A stretch of DNA of 64,000 nt from a virus (IMGVR_UViG_3300021185_003947), one strand, 5' to 3'. Positions 34,569 to 44,301 are shown, numbered from the stretch's first letter. Program-made: numbers and translations. Notes: a model not told the origin generated them from the sequence alone.

Positions 34569-35618
34569 CTAAACACTGAAGTCATAGTATCTGTCATTTA
34601 CAGCGGAAGATGTTGAACCTTGAAGCAAGGTGTAACTGGTGCTGCTCAAATCGGATGCTGTATTGCCGCCGATATATGGCGTGACATATCCGCCGGAAAA
34701 GCGTGGAAGGCCGGAACCGGTCCCTGTAACTAGTATGCCTTTAATCGTTCTGGCTGTAGTCCAAGTTATCGTTTTCGCGCTGACGGCTGAATTCGCAACA
34801 AGCCCCCAATTAAAATACGACCCCGAACCCGAAGCCGGTAAAGTATGGTTAAACCTTGAGAGCATTTCTGTTCGCATGTACGCATGTGCGGGGGTATCAG
34901 AAGTGGATGTGCTTCTTTCGCCGCCTTCATGCCAACTACTTGTTTCAATATTCGCACCATACACAACCTCACTTGCGTAAGTTGAATCGTCGTGCAGATT
35001 GCTTCCATCCTCCGCAACAAACATAAAACTAAAAATACAATAGCCATTGCTCGAGGATGTCTGAGTTATATCAAATCCGTAGACATCCGCTAAACCAAAC
35101 GACAATTGAAAAAAAGTTGATTTTGCTGTTGTCTGTAGTCCATCTGAGGCTTTGAACCTTCCGGTAAATGTCCCACTATTGCTTTGGGATGTTGATGGAG
35201 TGAACGTAAAAACGCCATTACTTTTTGTAAGAGATGTTATTTGTGGTGGTAAGGAAGACTCGGTGTAGGAGCTGTCTCCAGAAACCCCATCGAACTCATA
35301 ACTGATTGGGAATCCTTGAGGGTCTGTTGCAGCAACCGTAACAACATTGTTTGATCCATCGGTGTTTAATAGCAAATTTGACGGTGGATCAGTTGTGAAA
35401 CTAGGTGTAGTTTGTGACCCAGTGTAAACCCGATCCCATTCAGTACCGTCCCAAACGTAAACCGCCTTAGTGTCAGTTGCAAAAGCCATATCACCAGCAG
35501 TGTTACCCGAATCTGGAAATGCTGCAAGATTTGCATATATTACAGTGCTAGATCCTATATCGCTTGAACTGCTTCCTGTTTTACTAAAAAGTCTTGATAC
35601 ATCTCTTGCTTTTGACAT
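34569..35618 (-). CDS. Tail-fibre/structural protein
   Basis: S/T/G-rich; YANLAAFP...GDMAF..DTKAVYVWDG..W module shared with 40204 and 41527; late promoter upstream. Confidence 0.75.
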   Translation of the reverse strand: MSKARDVSRLFSKTGSSSSDIGSSTVIYANLAAFPDSGNTAGDMAFATDTKAVYVWDGTEWDRVYTGSQTTPSFTTDPPSNLLLNTDGSNNVVTVAATDPQGFPISYEFDGVSGDSSYTESSLPPQITSLTKSNGVFTFTPSTSQSNSGTFTGRFKASDGLQTTAKSTFFQLSFGLADVYGFDITQTSSSNGYCIFSFMFVAEDGSNLHDDSTYASEVVYGANIETSSWHEGGERSTSTSDTPAHAYMRTEMLSRFNHTLPASGSGSYFNWGLVANSAVSAKTITWTTARTIKGILVTGTGSGLPRFSGGYVTPYIGGNTASDLSSTSYTLLQGSTSSAVNDRYYDFSV

Positions 35619-35650
35619 AAGTTACTACCATTTTAATTGTGTGTTTAGTA

Positions 35651-35658
35651 TATTTATA
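35651..35658 (-). promoter_or_regulatory. Late promoter
   Basis: TATAAATA, intergenic, ~32 nt before ATG. Confidence 0.7.
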
Positions 35659-35662
35659 TAAG

Positions 35663-35860
35663 TTAAATGTTCTTTAAAATTTTATTAGCGATTTCTATGG
35701 CTCTATCATACCCAGGTCTAAATCTATTTTTTCTATTACCATATTTTTTAAACCATATGATATTTTCTAAAATGCTTGTTTTTCTATTATCTGGAATAAC
35801 AAAGTTTTGAATAATTTCTTCAAATTGAAAACGAAGACTTAAAATTTCTGCGATACTCAT
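35663..35860 (-). CDS. Hypothetical protein
   Basis: Start set at MSIAE. Confidence 0.6.
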   Translation of the reverse strand: MSIAEILSLRFQFEEIIQNFVIPDNRKTSILENIIWFKKYGNRKNRFRPGYDRAIEIANKILKNI

Positions 35861-36438
35861 ACATATATTTCCTCTTCGTATAACTCTTTCCAACTAAAAT
35901 ATTTGGGAATACAATTAGAAGAATTATCGTTCCATGGATGTGATATTAAAACTGAGTCTAAACCCATTCGTAATCCAAGTTCTGCATTTTCAATTTTATC
36001 TTCTACCCAAAGATATCCGCTATCCCTGTATGGTTCAAGCGCTTCATCTTTATCAGCACCAGTATCACAGAAAATATATTTAGTAAATGCTGTCTTACCA
36101 AATAATCTTTCAATATTTTCTATTCTTAATTTCTGAGCGTACTCATCAGTTGTAAGTGACGTACACATATGAAAAGTATAACCATATTTACGATGTAATA
36201 AATCTACATAATAAACAGCATCACGCAGCGGATTTAGATATTTCATCCATGCTGATTCATTAAAAGCCCGTACTATTCGATCTTTTTCTTCAGAACTTAT
36301 ACCATAACGCTTTCCCATATTGTATTCTCTTCGATTGTTTTCATCGACTACATAGCCACGACTAGTCATCCAATCAGTAAAAGCGCCCTCCCAATTCAGG
36401 AGGACGCCGTCACAATCAGTTAATATAATTTTATTCAT
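35857..36438 (-). CDS. HAD-superfamily phosphatase/5'-nucleotidase (T4 30.2-like)
   Basis: ILTDCDGVLLNW, WVEDK, HPWN. Confidence 0.85.
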   Translation of the reverse strand: MNKIILTDCDGVLLNWEGAFTDWMTSRGYVVDENNRREYNMGKRYGISSEEKDRIVRAFNESAWMKYLNPLRDAVYYVDLLHRKYGYTFHMCTSLTTDEYAQKLRIENIERLFGKTAFTKYIFCDTGADKDEALEPYRDSGYLWVEDKIENAELGLRMGLDSVLISHPWNDNSSNCIPKYFSWKELYEEEIYV

Positions 36439-36441
36439 AAG

Positions 36442-36630
36442 CTAGCTTTCATTGTCATTTTCAAATTCATCCTGTCCATCGTACATCGCATAATCTATAT
36501 TATGGCCTCGTATTTTAAAACCAGTTTTTCTTTCTTCAACATCTCTAATCCTATTATCTTTGCTTTGAGACATATTTTTATTTCTGTCACGTTTCTTATT
36601 ACGTGGATCAAATCGACCAAATTTAGCCAT
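36442..36630 (-). CDS. Hypothetical protein
   Basis: MAKFGRFDPRNKK, co-oriented. Confidence 0.65.
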   Translation of the reverse strand: MAKFGRFDPRNKKRDRNKNMSQSKDNRIRDVEERKTGFKIRGHNIDYAMYDGQDEFENDNES

Positions 36631-36651
36631 CTTACTTATTTCACCTTTATG

Positions 36652-37491
36652 TTATGAGAAAATTTTGCCTAGTGTTTGTGGTCCTGCAATTCCGTCTGGA
36701 GTACATCCATTTTCAAGTTGCCATGCTTTAAGTGCTGCTTCAGTACCACGACCAAAATCACCATCAGCATCAAGACCAAGACATTCTTGAAGCTTTCTTA
36801 CTGTATCACCCTTTGATCCTCTACGAACCAATTTAAGTTCCACATCATCATTATCGTCATCAAATTCTACATGACCTCCAAGTACTTCAAGAGCATGCGC
36901 ATAATGCTTTTTACGATCTGCAAGACCAATGGTTCCACCATTAATACGTTTTGTCATACGAACAATATCGTCTGCATCACAATACTTATTAATGTTATTA
37001 GTCTTCCAAAACCAGCAAGCTGATTCAATAGCACCTTGAGGTGTTCGTACATAATCAGTAGCTTCTTCAGCAGTCATTCCTACAGTCTTACCAAACTCGG
37101 TATAGTTATATCTACCAGTAAGCTGAAGAATTCCACCACCTCTAAATGTCCAACCATCACCTGATGCAGTATCACCATTATCCATACGATTAGCATAAAT
37201 GCGATTAGCAATCTTTTCTGGTTGTCTATGATATTCTTGAGCATCAACACCCGCACGTTTAAAGTATTTACCAAAAATAGCATCAAGTGCTTTTGCACTA
37301 TAGTTTAAATTTTCAGTAATTGTTTTATAACTTGCACTTTCATGTGCTGTTTGAGCAATAAACCCAGCCACCCGATTAGGTGTAGTAATATCATATTTTG
37401 GAAACATTTCTACCATTGCATTATACCAATCTGATACATCGCTTTTATGTAGAATTGTTTTAACATGATCTTCTGTAAAATCAAAATCCAT
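36652..37491 (-). CDS. GH19 endolysin with C-terminal peptidoglycan-binding domain
   Basis: FIAQTAHESA..ENLNYS, GDGWTFRGGGILQLTGRYNY, TKRINGG; DGDFGRGT..A...WQ...DGIAGPQT. Confidence 0.93.
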   Translation of the reverse strand: MDFDFTEDHVKTILHKSDVSDWYNAMVEMFPKYDITTPNRVAGFIAQTAHESASYKTITENLNYSAKALDAIFGKYFKRAGVDAQEYHRQPEKIANRIYANRMDNGDTASGDGWTFRGGGILQLTGRYNYTEFGKTVGMTAEEATDYVRTPQGAIESACWFWKTNNINKYCDADDIVRMTKRINGGTIGLADRKKHYAHALEVLGGHVEFDDDNDDVELKLVRRGSKGDTVRKLQECLGLDADGDFGRGTEAALKAWQLENGCTPDGIAGPQTLGKIFS

Positions 37492-37729
37492 CTTGTCCGT
37501 ACTCCCGTGTGTTTTCTATTTCTAAGGAAAAGCTTTCATAGCCTCCAATATGTTTGTCGTTCCAAAATATTTGTGGAACGGTAGGAACAGAACCTATTTT
37601 ACTAAGTAACTGTTCATATATATCTAAATCTTCTGCATCTTTATATTCATATTTTAATTTATATGATTCAGCTAATGCTACAGCTTTCTTACAATAACCA
37701 CATCTACTTGTACCATAAATTTCAATCAT
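37481..37729 (-). CDS. Glutaredoxin
   Basis: CGYC, TVPQIF, IGGY; start set at MIEIY. Confidence 0.92.
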   Translation of the reverse strand: MIEIYGTSRCGYCKKAVALAESYKLKYEYKDAEDLDIYEQLLSKIGSVPTVPQIFWNDKHIGGYESFSLEIENTREYGQDGF

Positions 37730-37889
37730 CGCCATTATCCCATATACACCATGCGCCATAAGCAATTGCAGCATATGCTGCTAATTTAGCAAATGGTCCA
37801 GCAATTAAAACAATAACACCTACAGCAATTAAAGCTGCTCCATTTAACGATGTCTTTTCACCGATTTTTTGAATAACCCAATCTTTCAT
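37722..37889 (-). CDS. 55-aa two-TM membrane protein (absent from ORF track)
   Basis: MKDWVIQKIGEKTSLNGAALIAVGVIVLIAGPFAKLAAYAAIAYGAWCIWDNGDD*, AGGAG RBS. Confidence 0.7.
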   Translation of the reverse strand: MKDWVIQKIGEKTSLNGAALIAVGVIVLIAGPFAKLAAYAAIAYGAWCIWDNGDD

Positions 37890-37899
37890 TTAAATTCTC

Positions 37900-38589
37900 C
37901 TATGATATTCCTAACATTTCTTTTGTCATTATATAATCACGAACCAAATCAGATCTTACAATATCTTCCCATCCAAATTTAACTACTTCAAAAAATCTCA
38001 TTTGTTCTACAATTTTTAAGAACTTTAAAATACCATCTTTCTCATCATCAAATTTAAAGTCTGATTGCATATAATCGCCACAAAAAATAACACGACAATC
38101 TTTACCAATACGTGTAATAACAGAGTCTAATTCATGGAAGTTTAAATTTTGCATTTCATCAATAAGAATAATTGAGTGATCAAATGTACAACCACGAATA
38201 TATGAAGTAGATTCAAATTTTATCTGCTTTGCGTTTATCATTTTATTATAAGAACCAAACTCACCGAATAACTCATTACATATAAATTTATAAGGTAGAT
38301 TAAATGGTTCTCTTTTTTCTTCTATTGTACCAGGAAGAAATCCACCATCCCGCGTAGGAACAATAGATCTCATAATAGTTATATCACGATAAATTTCAGG
38401 TTCATCAAGCATTGCTTTTAAAGCTAAATATAAGCCGATAAACGTTTTACCAGTACCAGCACTTCCTGATAGTACTATATTTTTATTTTCTTCCCAAGCA
38501 GAAAACGCTGTTCGCTGATTTTCTGTAATAGGTTCAATACGAATAAGTTCTTCCGCATGAACTTGTAACGAATTATTTTTTTTAGTCAT
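37900..38589 (-). CDS. phoH: PhoH-family ATPase
   Basis: GSAGTGKT, GFLPG, YIRG.TF, DEMQN, GD..QSD, DIVRS. Confidence 0.96.
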   Translation of the reverse strand: MTKKNNSLQVHAEELIRIEPITENQRTAFSAWEENKNIVLSGSAGTGKTFIGLYLALKAMLDEPEIYRDITIMRSIVPTRDGGFLPGTIEEKREPFNLPYKFICNELFGEFGSYNKMINAKQIKFESTSYIRGCTFDHSIILIDEMQNLNFHELDSVITRIGKDCRVIFCGDYMQSDFKFDDEKDGILKFLKIVEQMRFFEVVKFGWEDIVRSDLVRDYIMTKEMLGIS

Positions 38590-38819
38590 ATGTTAATCGT
38601 ATTACCTTTACCAGAACCACTCTTTATTTTTCTTTTCAAATCTTTAAAACCGTCGGGTGTTTGGCCGTACATATCTTTAGCTGCACTTAAAAACCGTGGT
38701 GCACTTGGGACTTGAATAATTTCAGGATCATGATTTAACATTTCTTGCAGTTGATTCCAGCTACAAATAGTGTCCCATCTATCATTTGTTTTAATATTTT
38801 TTAATGTATACGTTGGCAC
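38586..38819 (-). CDS. FmdB-like small protein
   Basis: MPTYTLKN..., usual neighbour of phoH in T4-like phages. Confidence 0.6.
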   Translation of the reverse strand: MPTYTLKNIKTNDRWDTICSWNQLQEMLNHDPEIIQVPSAPRFLSAAKDMYGQTPDGFKDLKRKIKSGSGKGNTINI

Positions 38820-39031
38820 GTTTTTTCAGTCCTTTTCCATTTGTTCCATGATTCTTCTACATTATATCTATACATAATGTTCCATTGTTTAGACAAACCT
38901 GACCAAGATCTAATATATTCTTTTGGTTTTGGGCCATTTGAGTTATTATTTACAACAAGTTGAAGATATGTTCCGTCTTTAAGACTACCAATTTGTATAC
39001 TATCAATAACCCTATATTCGATATCAAACAT
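38801..39031 (-). CDS. Hypothetical protein
   Basis: Coupled ORF. Confidence 0.6.
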   Translation of the reverse strand: MFDIEYRVIDSIQIGSLKDGTYLQLVVNNNSNGPKPKEYIRSWSGLSKQWNIMYRYNVEESWNKWKRTEKTCQRIH

Positions 39032-39288
39032 TAATAAGTAACTCCATTAATAAAGTTTTCACCTTTAATTGTGATGTAAGCATATCCATCATTAGGATTG
39101 ATATCACGAGAAATAAAACCGGCATTTATTAACATTTCCATTCGATTACAATACTCTTGATATCTTTGTGAAAAGCCATCAAGATTATTAAAATTTCTTA
39201 CATGGATTGGCTTACGTACGCCATTTTTTGCTTCTGATGCAACTGCATCTTCTAGGATATCAAGTTGAATTTTTACCAGTTTCATAAT
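39031..39288 (-). CDS. Hypothetical winged-helix-like protein
   Basis: Start set at MKLVK (GGGAG RBS); ITIKGENFI tail is wHTH-like. Confidence 0.55.
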   Translation of the reverse strand: MMKLVKIQLDILEDAVASEAKNGVRKPIHVRNFNNLDGFSQRYQEYCNRMEMLINAGFISRDINPNDGYAYITIKGENFINGVTY

Positions 39289-39309
39289 GTATCTCCCTTT
39301 GTTAATACC

Positions 39310-39338
39310 TTTATAATACATTTTTGACTAGTTGTAAA
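39310..39338 (-). promoter_or_regulatory. Early promoter
   Basis: GTTTACA-N17-TATAAA. Confidence 0.75.
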
Positions 39339-39370
39339 CAATAAAATACATTTAATTTGCATTTAATATA

Positions 39371-39574
39371 TTATGTGATATTTATGTTACAGTATCGCAA
39401 TTCATCAAAGTCCATTTGTAACGCGTTCTTTTGTTTAATAATTTCTAATTCCCAATGGTGAATTATATCACGTTTAGCAGGATTATTGTCTGGTAACTGT
39501 AATGCCCTACGATAATGAGCAGCTTCTTCTTTTAAGAATTTATTAAACTTGCGTGGAATAGAAACTTTACGCAC
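39371..39574 (-). CDS. Hypothetical protein
   Basis: Coupled ORF. Confidence 0.55.
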   Translation of the reverse strand: MRKVSIPRKFNKFLKEEAAHYRRALQLPDNNPAKRDIIHHWELEIIKQKNALQMDFDELRYCNINIT

Positions 39575-40139
39575 TTTCTTTTACCTCAAACCATTCTGGA
39601 ATTGGACGACGAGTCCATGCCATTTTAAATCTATCTTGTTTTGTCTGATAATATAATTTATAAGATTTAACTGGATCACCTTCAATAATACACTGTGGTT
39701 CGTGTTTCATTGCAAGAGCAAATGGAGTCATTAGGTATTTAAAACCCTCTTTAATATTAGTTGGAAGTTTAGATAATTTTTTACTAAGAAGATTTTCAGT
39801 AGAATGAGTTTTATCATAGCGGTAAGTATATTCTTTACATAGCGCTGAAAAATGTTCATAATGCCATTGATAATTATTATCATTTTGCATTGTCCATACT
39901 GTACAAGGATGGCCCATATGAACCGCTTTGTATAGAACATTTTCACGATCATCGGGAAGTTCCCAATACTTACTCATAGTTTTACCGGATTTAGATCTTC
40001 GTCTTGTTTCAATACCATCAAGCATACGATGAGCTGTTGATAACATTTGAGCAGATTCGACAATCATTTTAACTACGTGTTTATCACATTGTAATTGAGC
40101 AGCTTTGATTGGATCCTTATCTAAGATGAATAAATTCAT
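39567..40139 (-). CDS. Pyrimidine-dimer glycosylase/endonuclease V-related family protein
   Basis: MNLFILD.DP..AA..QCDKHVVKM..ESAQMLSTAH...HPCT.W. Confidence 0.75.
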   Translation of the reverse strand: MNLFILDKDPIKAAQLQCDKHVVKMIVESAQMLSTAHRMLDGIETRRRSKSGKTMSKYWELPDDRENVLYKAVHMGHPCTVWTMQNDNNYQWHYEHFSALCKEYTYRYDKTHSTENLLSKKLSKLPTNIKEGFKYLMTPFALAMKHEPQCIIEGDPVKSYKLYYQTKQDRFKMAWTRRPIPEWFEVKESA

Positions 40140-40169
40140 AGTAATACCTTTTTAACAGATTATACTAAT

Positions 40170-40198
40170 ATTATATCACATTATTTAGCAATTGTAAA
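40170..40198 (-). promoter_or_regulatory. Early promoter
   Basis: GTTTACA-N17-TATAAT. Confidence 0.8.
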
Positions 40199-40203
40199 CA
40201 ATT

Positions 40204-41523
40204 TTATACCAATGTTTCAGCATCAACATTACTAGCATTACTAACATTTGTAGAAGGAAATGATCTACCTGAACCCCAAAGAAGTCTTACAGCCCCACCG
40301 CCTGAGTTACCTCCCCCTGCGCCAGATCCACCGCCACCGCCGCCGCCGCCATAGTTTCCTCCGGCTGAATGACCATAAGTACTAACGGCATCTTCGCCAC
40401 CTGACCCGCCGGTACCCGCAGAAGTAGTTGTTGGATGTTGATTTGGATGTATAGCAGCTAAACCACCAACTCCGTTCGTTCCTTGTCCGTAGACACCAAC
40501 GCCACCGCCGCCACATGTATAACTACCAGAATTTGCCATTGACCCACCAGCGCCACCGCCCTGACCATTTCCAGCTTGTCCCGTATTACCAGATTTACCA
40601 TCTCCACCATCTCCGGAATAACCACCTGCACCACCACCGCCGCAATCTTGATAAGTTCCGCTACCTTGGCCATCACCGCCGTTACCACCGCCATCTCCAA
40701 CATAACCACCACCGGTCGCGCCATTACCACCTTCACCCATTACGGTTGATGTGTTTATAAAGTAACTATGTTCATTTGCTTTATTTTGACCACCAGCACC
40801 AACAACTACCGTATAAGATTGACCTGGAGTAACCGATATATTATTTTTCCAACCAAGACCTCCACCTCCTCCTGCTACTGAGCCTGCTTCCGCGCCGGCA
40901 CCAACCGCTACAACTGATACACTAGTAAGTCCAGCTGGACAGGTCCAAGAATGTGTTCCTGCTGTTGAAAATAAATAACTAGAAGGCGGAGGACCAAATG
41001 ATAATGCAAATGAGGATGCGTAATTAAGTGCTGAATTTACATTATCTGTCACACTAAATGTTAAAGTAAATGTTCCAGCGTCAGATTCTGTACTAGATGG
41101 AGTAATAGTAAATACATTATCTGCTTGAGATACTGTTGCCGTTGACCCTAGTGAACCAGTTGTAACTGCATAACTCCAAGTCAACACCATTCCTTCTGGG
41201 TCTGTGGCGACGGCAGTAATAGTAGTTGCTGTTCCATCAGTTGCTAAACTATATGCTGAATTTACACCAGTAATAGAAGAAGGTGAAGCATTCGTTACTT
41301 CAGCGACTAGGTACCAACCAACACCATTCCAAACATACAATTTATTTGTAGCTTTAACAAATGCTGTATTTCCCTTGCTAGTAGAATTTGCTGGTAAATC
41401 TGCAAGAGTTTCATAAACTCTTATGTTAGATTTTTCTGGTCCTGAAGCTTCTGAAGCGGGTAAAGGTGCCAGTTCAAATGTCGGAATCATATTTGCATAT
41501 CGGGTTTCAGAATACTTACCCAT
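40204..41523 (-). CDS. Tail-fibre-like protein with glycine-rich C-terminal domain
   Basis: Shared N-terminal module, Ig-like TAVATDPEG domain, long Gly-rich tail. Confidence 0.8.
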   Translation of the reverse strand: MGKYSETRYANMIPTFELAPLPASEASGPEKSNIRVYETLADLPANSTSKGNTAFVKATNKLYVWNGVGWYLVAEVTNASPSSITGVNSAYSLATDGTATTITAVATDPEGMVLTWSYAVTTGSLGSTATVSQADNVFTITPSSTESDAGTFTLTFSVTDNVNSALNYASSFALSFGPPPSSYLFSTAGTHSWTCPAGLTSVSVVAVGAGAEAGSVAGGGGGLGWKNNISVTPGQSYTVVVGAGGQNKANEHSYFINTSTVMGEGGNGATGGGYVGDGGGNGGDGQGSGTYQDCGGGGAGGYSGDGGDGKSGNTGQAGNGQGGGAGGSMANSGSYTCGGGGVGVYGQGTNGVGGLAAIHPNQHPTTTSAGTGGSGGEDAVSTYGHSAGGNYGGGGGGGGSGAGGGNSGGGAVRLLWGSGRSFPSTNVSNASNVDAETLV

Positions 41524-41526
41524 AAT

Positions 41527-44301
41527 TTATCCTTGCAATTCCGCTGTAGGTGGTGTGAAGTTTGCAGTATATCTTGCAAGACCGCGAGTGAATCTAAAAT
41601 CTTGTATATTGCCAAACGTTAGATAACCAGTGGCATATTTACCACCAATGACACCTTTTGGAGTCGTATACACAGTTGTATCCGCAGCACTAAGGGCTGT
41701 AATCTCGGTTCCGTCCTCGTATATTTTTATAGTACCATTGTAACGAACATACGCAAGATGATACCACTGCCCAACAGTTGTTTGGCCTGCACCGGCAGAA
41801 ATATACCCACCAGAGCCACTATACATTTGATATCTTCCACCAGATGTGCGTCTTGAGATAGCAAAAGTGGGAATACTGTTACCGTGTGCATTTCCTAAAA
41901 TTTGCGGAGCGACTTGAAAAAGACCGCCCCATTGATCAGAAGAAAACCTATGCCATAATTCTACAGTAAAATCTTCGTTTGCTCCAATATCACCGCCAGG
42001 AATATCAAATGTTAAATAATCACCTGTACCATCAAATGCAATTGATTTAGTTCCAGCAAATTTTACATAAGTTGTATCTGTCGCCGGATTACCAACAAAA
42101 CTTACTCGACTTGATTGGGACAAATCTTCAGCGGAAGGTTCTGGATTCAATAGTAATTTAGCACTTTCAGTTACATTGATTGTTCCTATCATAGCCGAAT
42201 GATTGCTACATTGATAGTAATATGTACCAGCAGTATTAGGAGTCCAAGTTACAGTACCACTTTGAGCGCCTTGATTAGTTGCGGCAGGTGTACTTACATC
42301 TGCACCACCGTCTGACACTCTAATATGAAAAGGATGACCTGAAGCATTTACCACAAAATTTACTGTTTGACCAACAGCCATATTCACGGTTGGATTGCTG
42401 CTACTCATATCAGTACTTAATGTGTCTGAAGTTAATGTATATGCACTTGCTCCTGAGTTTGTTACATTTATATTAAAAACAGGAGGTGTAGTTGTTAACG
42501 GTGTAGTTGGTGGTGTGAAATTACTAAAATACGCACAAGTTCCATTTAATACTCTAATATCAGACATATAGCCAGTAAGAGCATACGCGGTATTATGGTA
42601 TGAACCAAACCTTGGTCCATTCGTGCCGACTAATTGAGTTAAAGAGTTTGTAAAAGTAGAACCTTCTTGTATACCGTTTACAAATAATTTTACATAAGAA
42701 CCCTGCCTTACTAATGCAACATGACTCCATGCATTATCTAGAATAACAGAACTTGTTATTCTAGCACCACCTTGATGATAATATATTATATTATTGGTGT
42801 TATACTGGTTATCAAGATAAAGCAGTGTATAGGTTCCGTTTCCGCTAGATCCACGAAAATCTACTAACTGAGCTTCTGTAGCTGTCCGAGTTAATGGATA
42901 TATCCAAAATTCTACTGTAAAATCGTTAGTGCCAAATGCAAATTCTGCATCACCATTTAAATTAATTCCATCACCTACTCCGCCAAAATAAGCAGACGCA
43001 CCATGAGAGGCTTCTGAATATGGAGAATTATCAAATACAGATTTTGGTTTTAAAGATACATCACCGGCAGTTATAAGAGCGTGATTCGATGTAGATTGAT
43101 CTTTAAGATAGGGTAGTTGACCTAGTAAGAATTTTGTATTTGTAATTGCAGTAAGCGGTTCAGTCGGCGGAGTAAAATTACTGGTGTAAACCGCAGTACC
43201 TTTTACAACTCTCACATCCGAGTAATATCCATTAACGCTATATAAATTAGAATTATAATCAGAAGGAACCCAAAAGTAATTAGTACCACTATAATTTACA
43301 GTGTCGGAAACCGCAGAACCCGAAGCCACACCATTTATATAAAATTGACTAACTGCACTGCTTCGAACCAGAGCAACGTGTGTCCAAATATTTGGTAGCA
43401 GTGCTGTTGCTGTACTAGTTTTTACTGAGCTACCTACATAATACTCTAGAATGTCCGATTGATTTGACCAAATTGAATAATTACCCGAATATCCGGCATC
43501 TATTAATACTCTCCATGATCCAGAATCATTTTTATATATCCAAAACTCTATCGTAAAATCACCAGTACCAAAAGCAAAATCTGCGTGGGCAGAATTTGTT
43601 CTTATATAATTACTTGCCATTGCTGGACCAAAATATGCAGAATATCCGCCATGACGATGTGGACTAAATGTTGATGCTGTTGAGTTACCATCAACAGTAA
43701 TCGTATGATTCGAAGTGGATGCATCGTCAAATGTTTGATTAGAACCAGCTGCAGTCGCTTTAACTGATAACGCAGTGTATCTTGAATTAGTAACAGAAAA
43801 TAATAATGTAAACGCACTTACTGCACTTACGACTCCGTTTAGACCATCAGTCACACTAAATGTTAAACTAAAAGTTCCTTCATTTGCGGTATCTGTTGAA
43901 GGTGTAATTGTAAATACATTGTCCGCTTGAGATACTGTTGCTGTAGAACCCAATGATCCAGATGATACCGCATAGGACCAAGTTAAAGCAAATCCTTCAG
44001 GATCAGTAGAAACCGCAGTAATAGTTGTGGCTGTACCATCTATTGCAAGTGCATATGTATCACTAACTCCAGTGATAGCAGTTGGAGATGCATTTGTAAC
44101 TGTAGCGATTAAGTACCATCCAACACCGCTCCAAATATATAATTTATTTGTTGCTACAACAAAAGCTGTATTTCCTGGTGTAGAACCAGAAGCTGGTAAA
44201 TCAGCAAAAGTTGCATATGAATACGAGCCTGGTGCTGAATTTACGCTTTTTGGAAAGCTAGCCGATTCAGTTGCGTATCTTTTTCTGGAATAGCTTCCCA
44301 T
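41527..44301 (-). CDS. Tail-fibre-like protein with three LamG/ConA-like domains and a cupredoxin-like domain
   Basis: DFT(I/V)E.W...W.H(V/L)A.VR...GY.SD.R motifs three times; HPF...YYYQCSNHSAM. Confidence 0.85.
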   Translation of the reverse strand: MGSYSRKRYATESASFPKSVNSAPGSYSYATFADLPASGSTPGNTAFVVATNKLYIWSGVGWYLIATVTNASPTAITGVSDTYALAIDGTATTITAVSTDPEGFALTWSYAVSSGSLGSTATVSQADNVFTITPSTDTANEGTFSLTFSVTDGLNGVVSAVSAFTLLFSVTNSRYTALSVKATAAGSNQTFDDASTSNHTITVDGNSTASTFSPHRHGGYSAYFGPAMASNYIRTNSAHADFAFGTGDFTIEFWIYKNDSGSWRVLIDAGYSGNYSIWSNQSDILEYYVGSSVKTSTATALLPNIWTHVALVRSSAVSQFYINGVASGSAVSDTVNYSGTNYFWVPSDYNSNLYSVNGYYSDVRVVKGTAVYTSNFTPPTEPLTAITNTKFLLGQLPYLKDQSTSNHALITAGDVSLKPKSVFDNSPYSEASHGASAYFGGVGDGINLNGDAEFAFGTNDFTVEFWIYPLTRTATEAQLVDFRGSSGNGTYTLLYLDNQYNTNNIIYYHQGGARITSSVILDNAWSHVALVRQGSYVKLFVNGIQEGSTFTNSLTQLVGTNGPRFGSYHNTAYALTGYMSDIRVLNGTCAYFSNFTPPTTPLTTTPPVFNINVTNSGASAYTLTSDTLSTDMSSSNPTVNMAVGQTVNFVVNASGHPFHIRVSDGGADVSTPAATNQGAQSGTVTWTPNTAGTYYYQCSNHSAMIGTINVTESAKLLLNPEPSAEDLSQSSRVSFVGNPATDTTYVKFAGTKSIAFDGTGDYLTFDIPGGDIGANEDFTVELWHRFSSDQWGGLFQVAPQILGNAHGNSIPTFAISRRTSGGRYQMYSGSGGYISAGAGQTTVGQWYHLAYVRYNGTIKIYEDGTEITALSAADTTVYTTPKGVIGGKYATGYLTFGNIQDFRFTRGLARYTANFTPPTAELQG

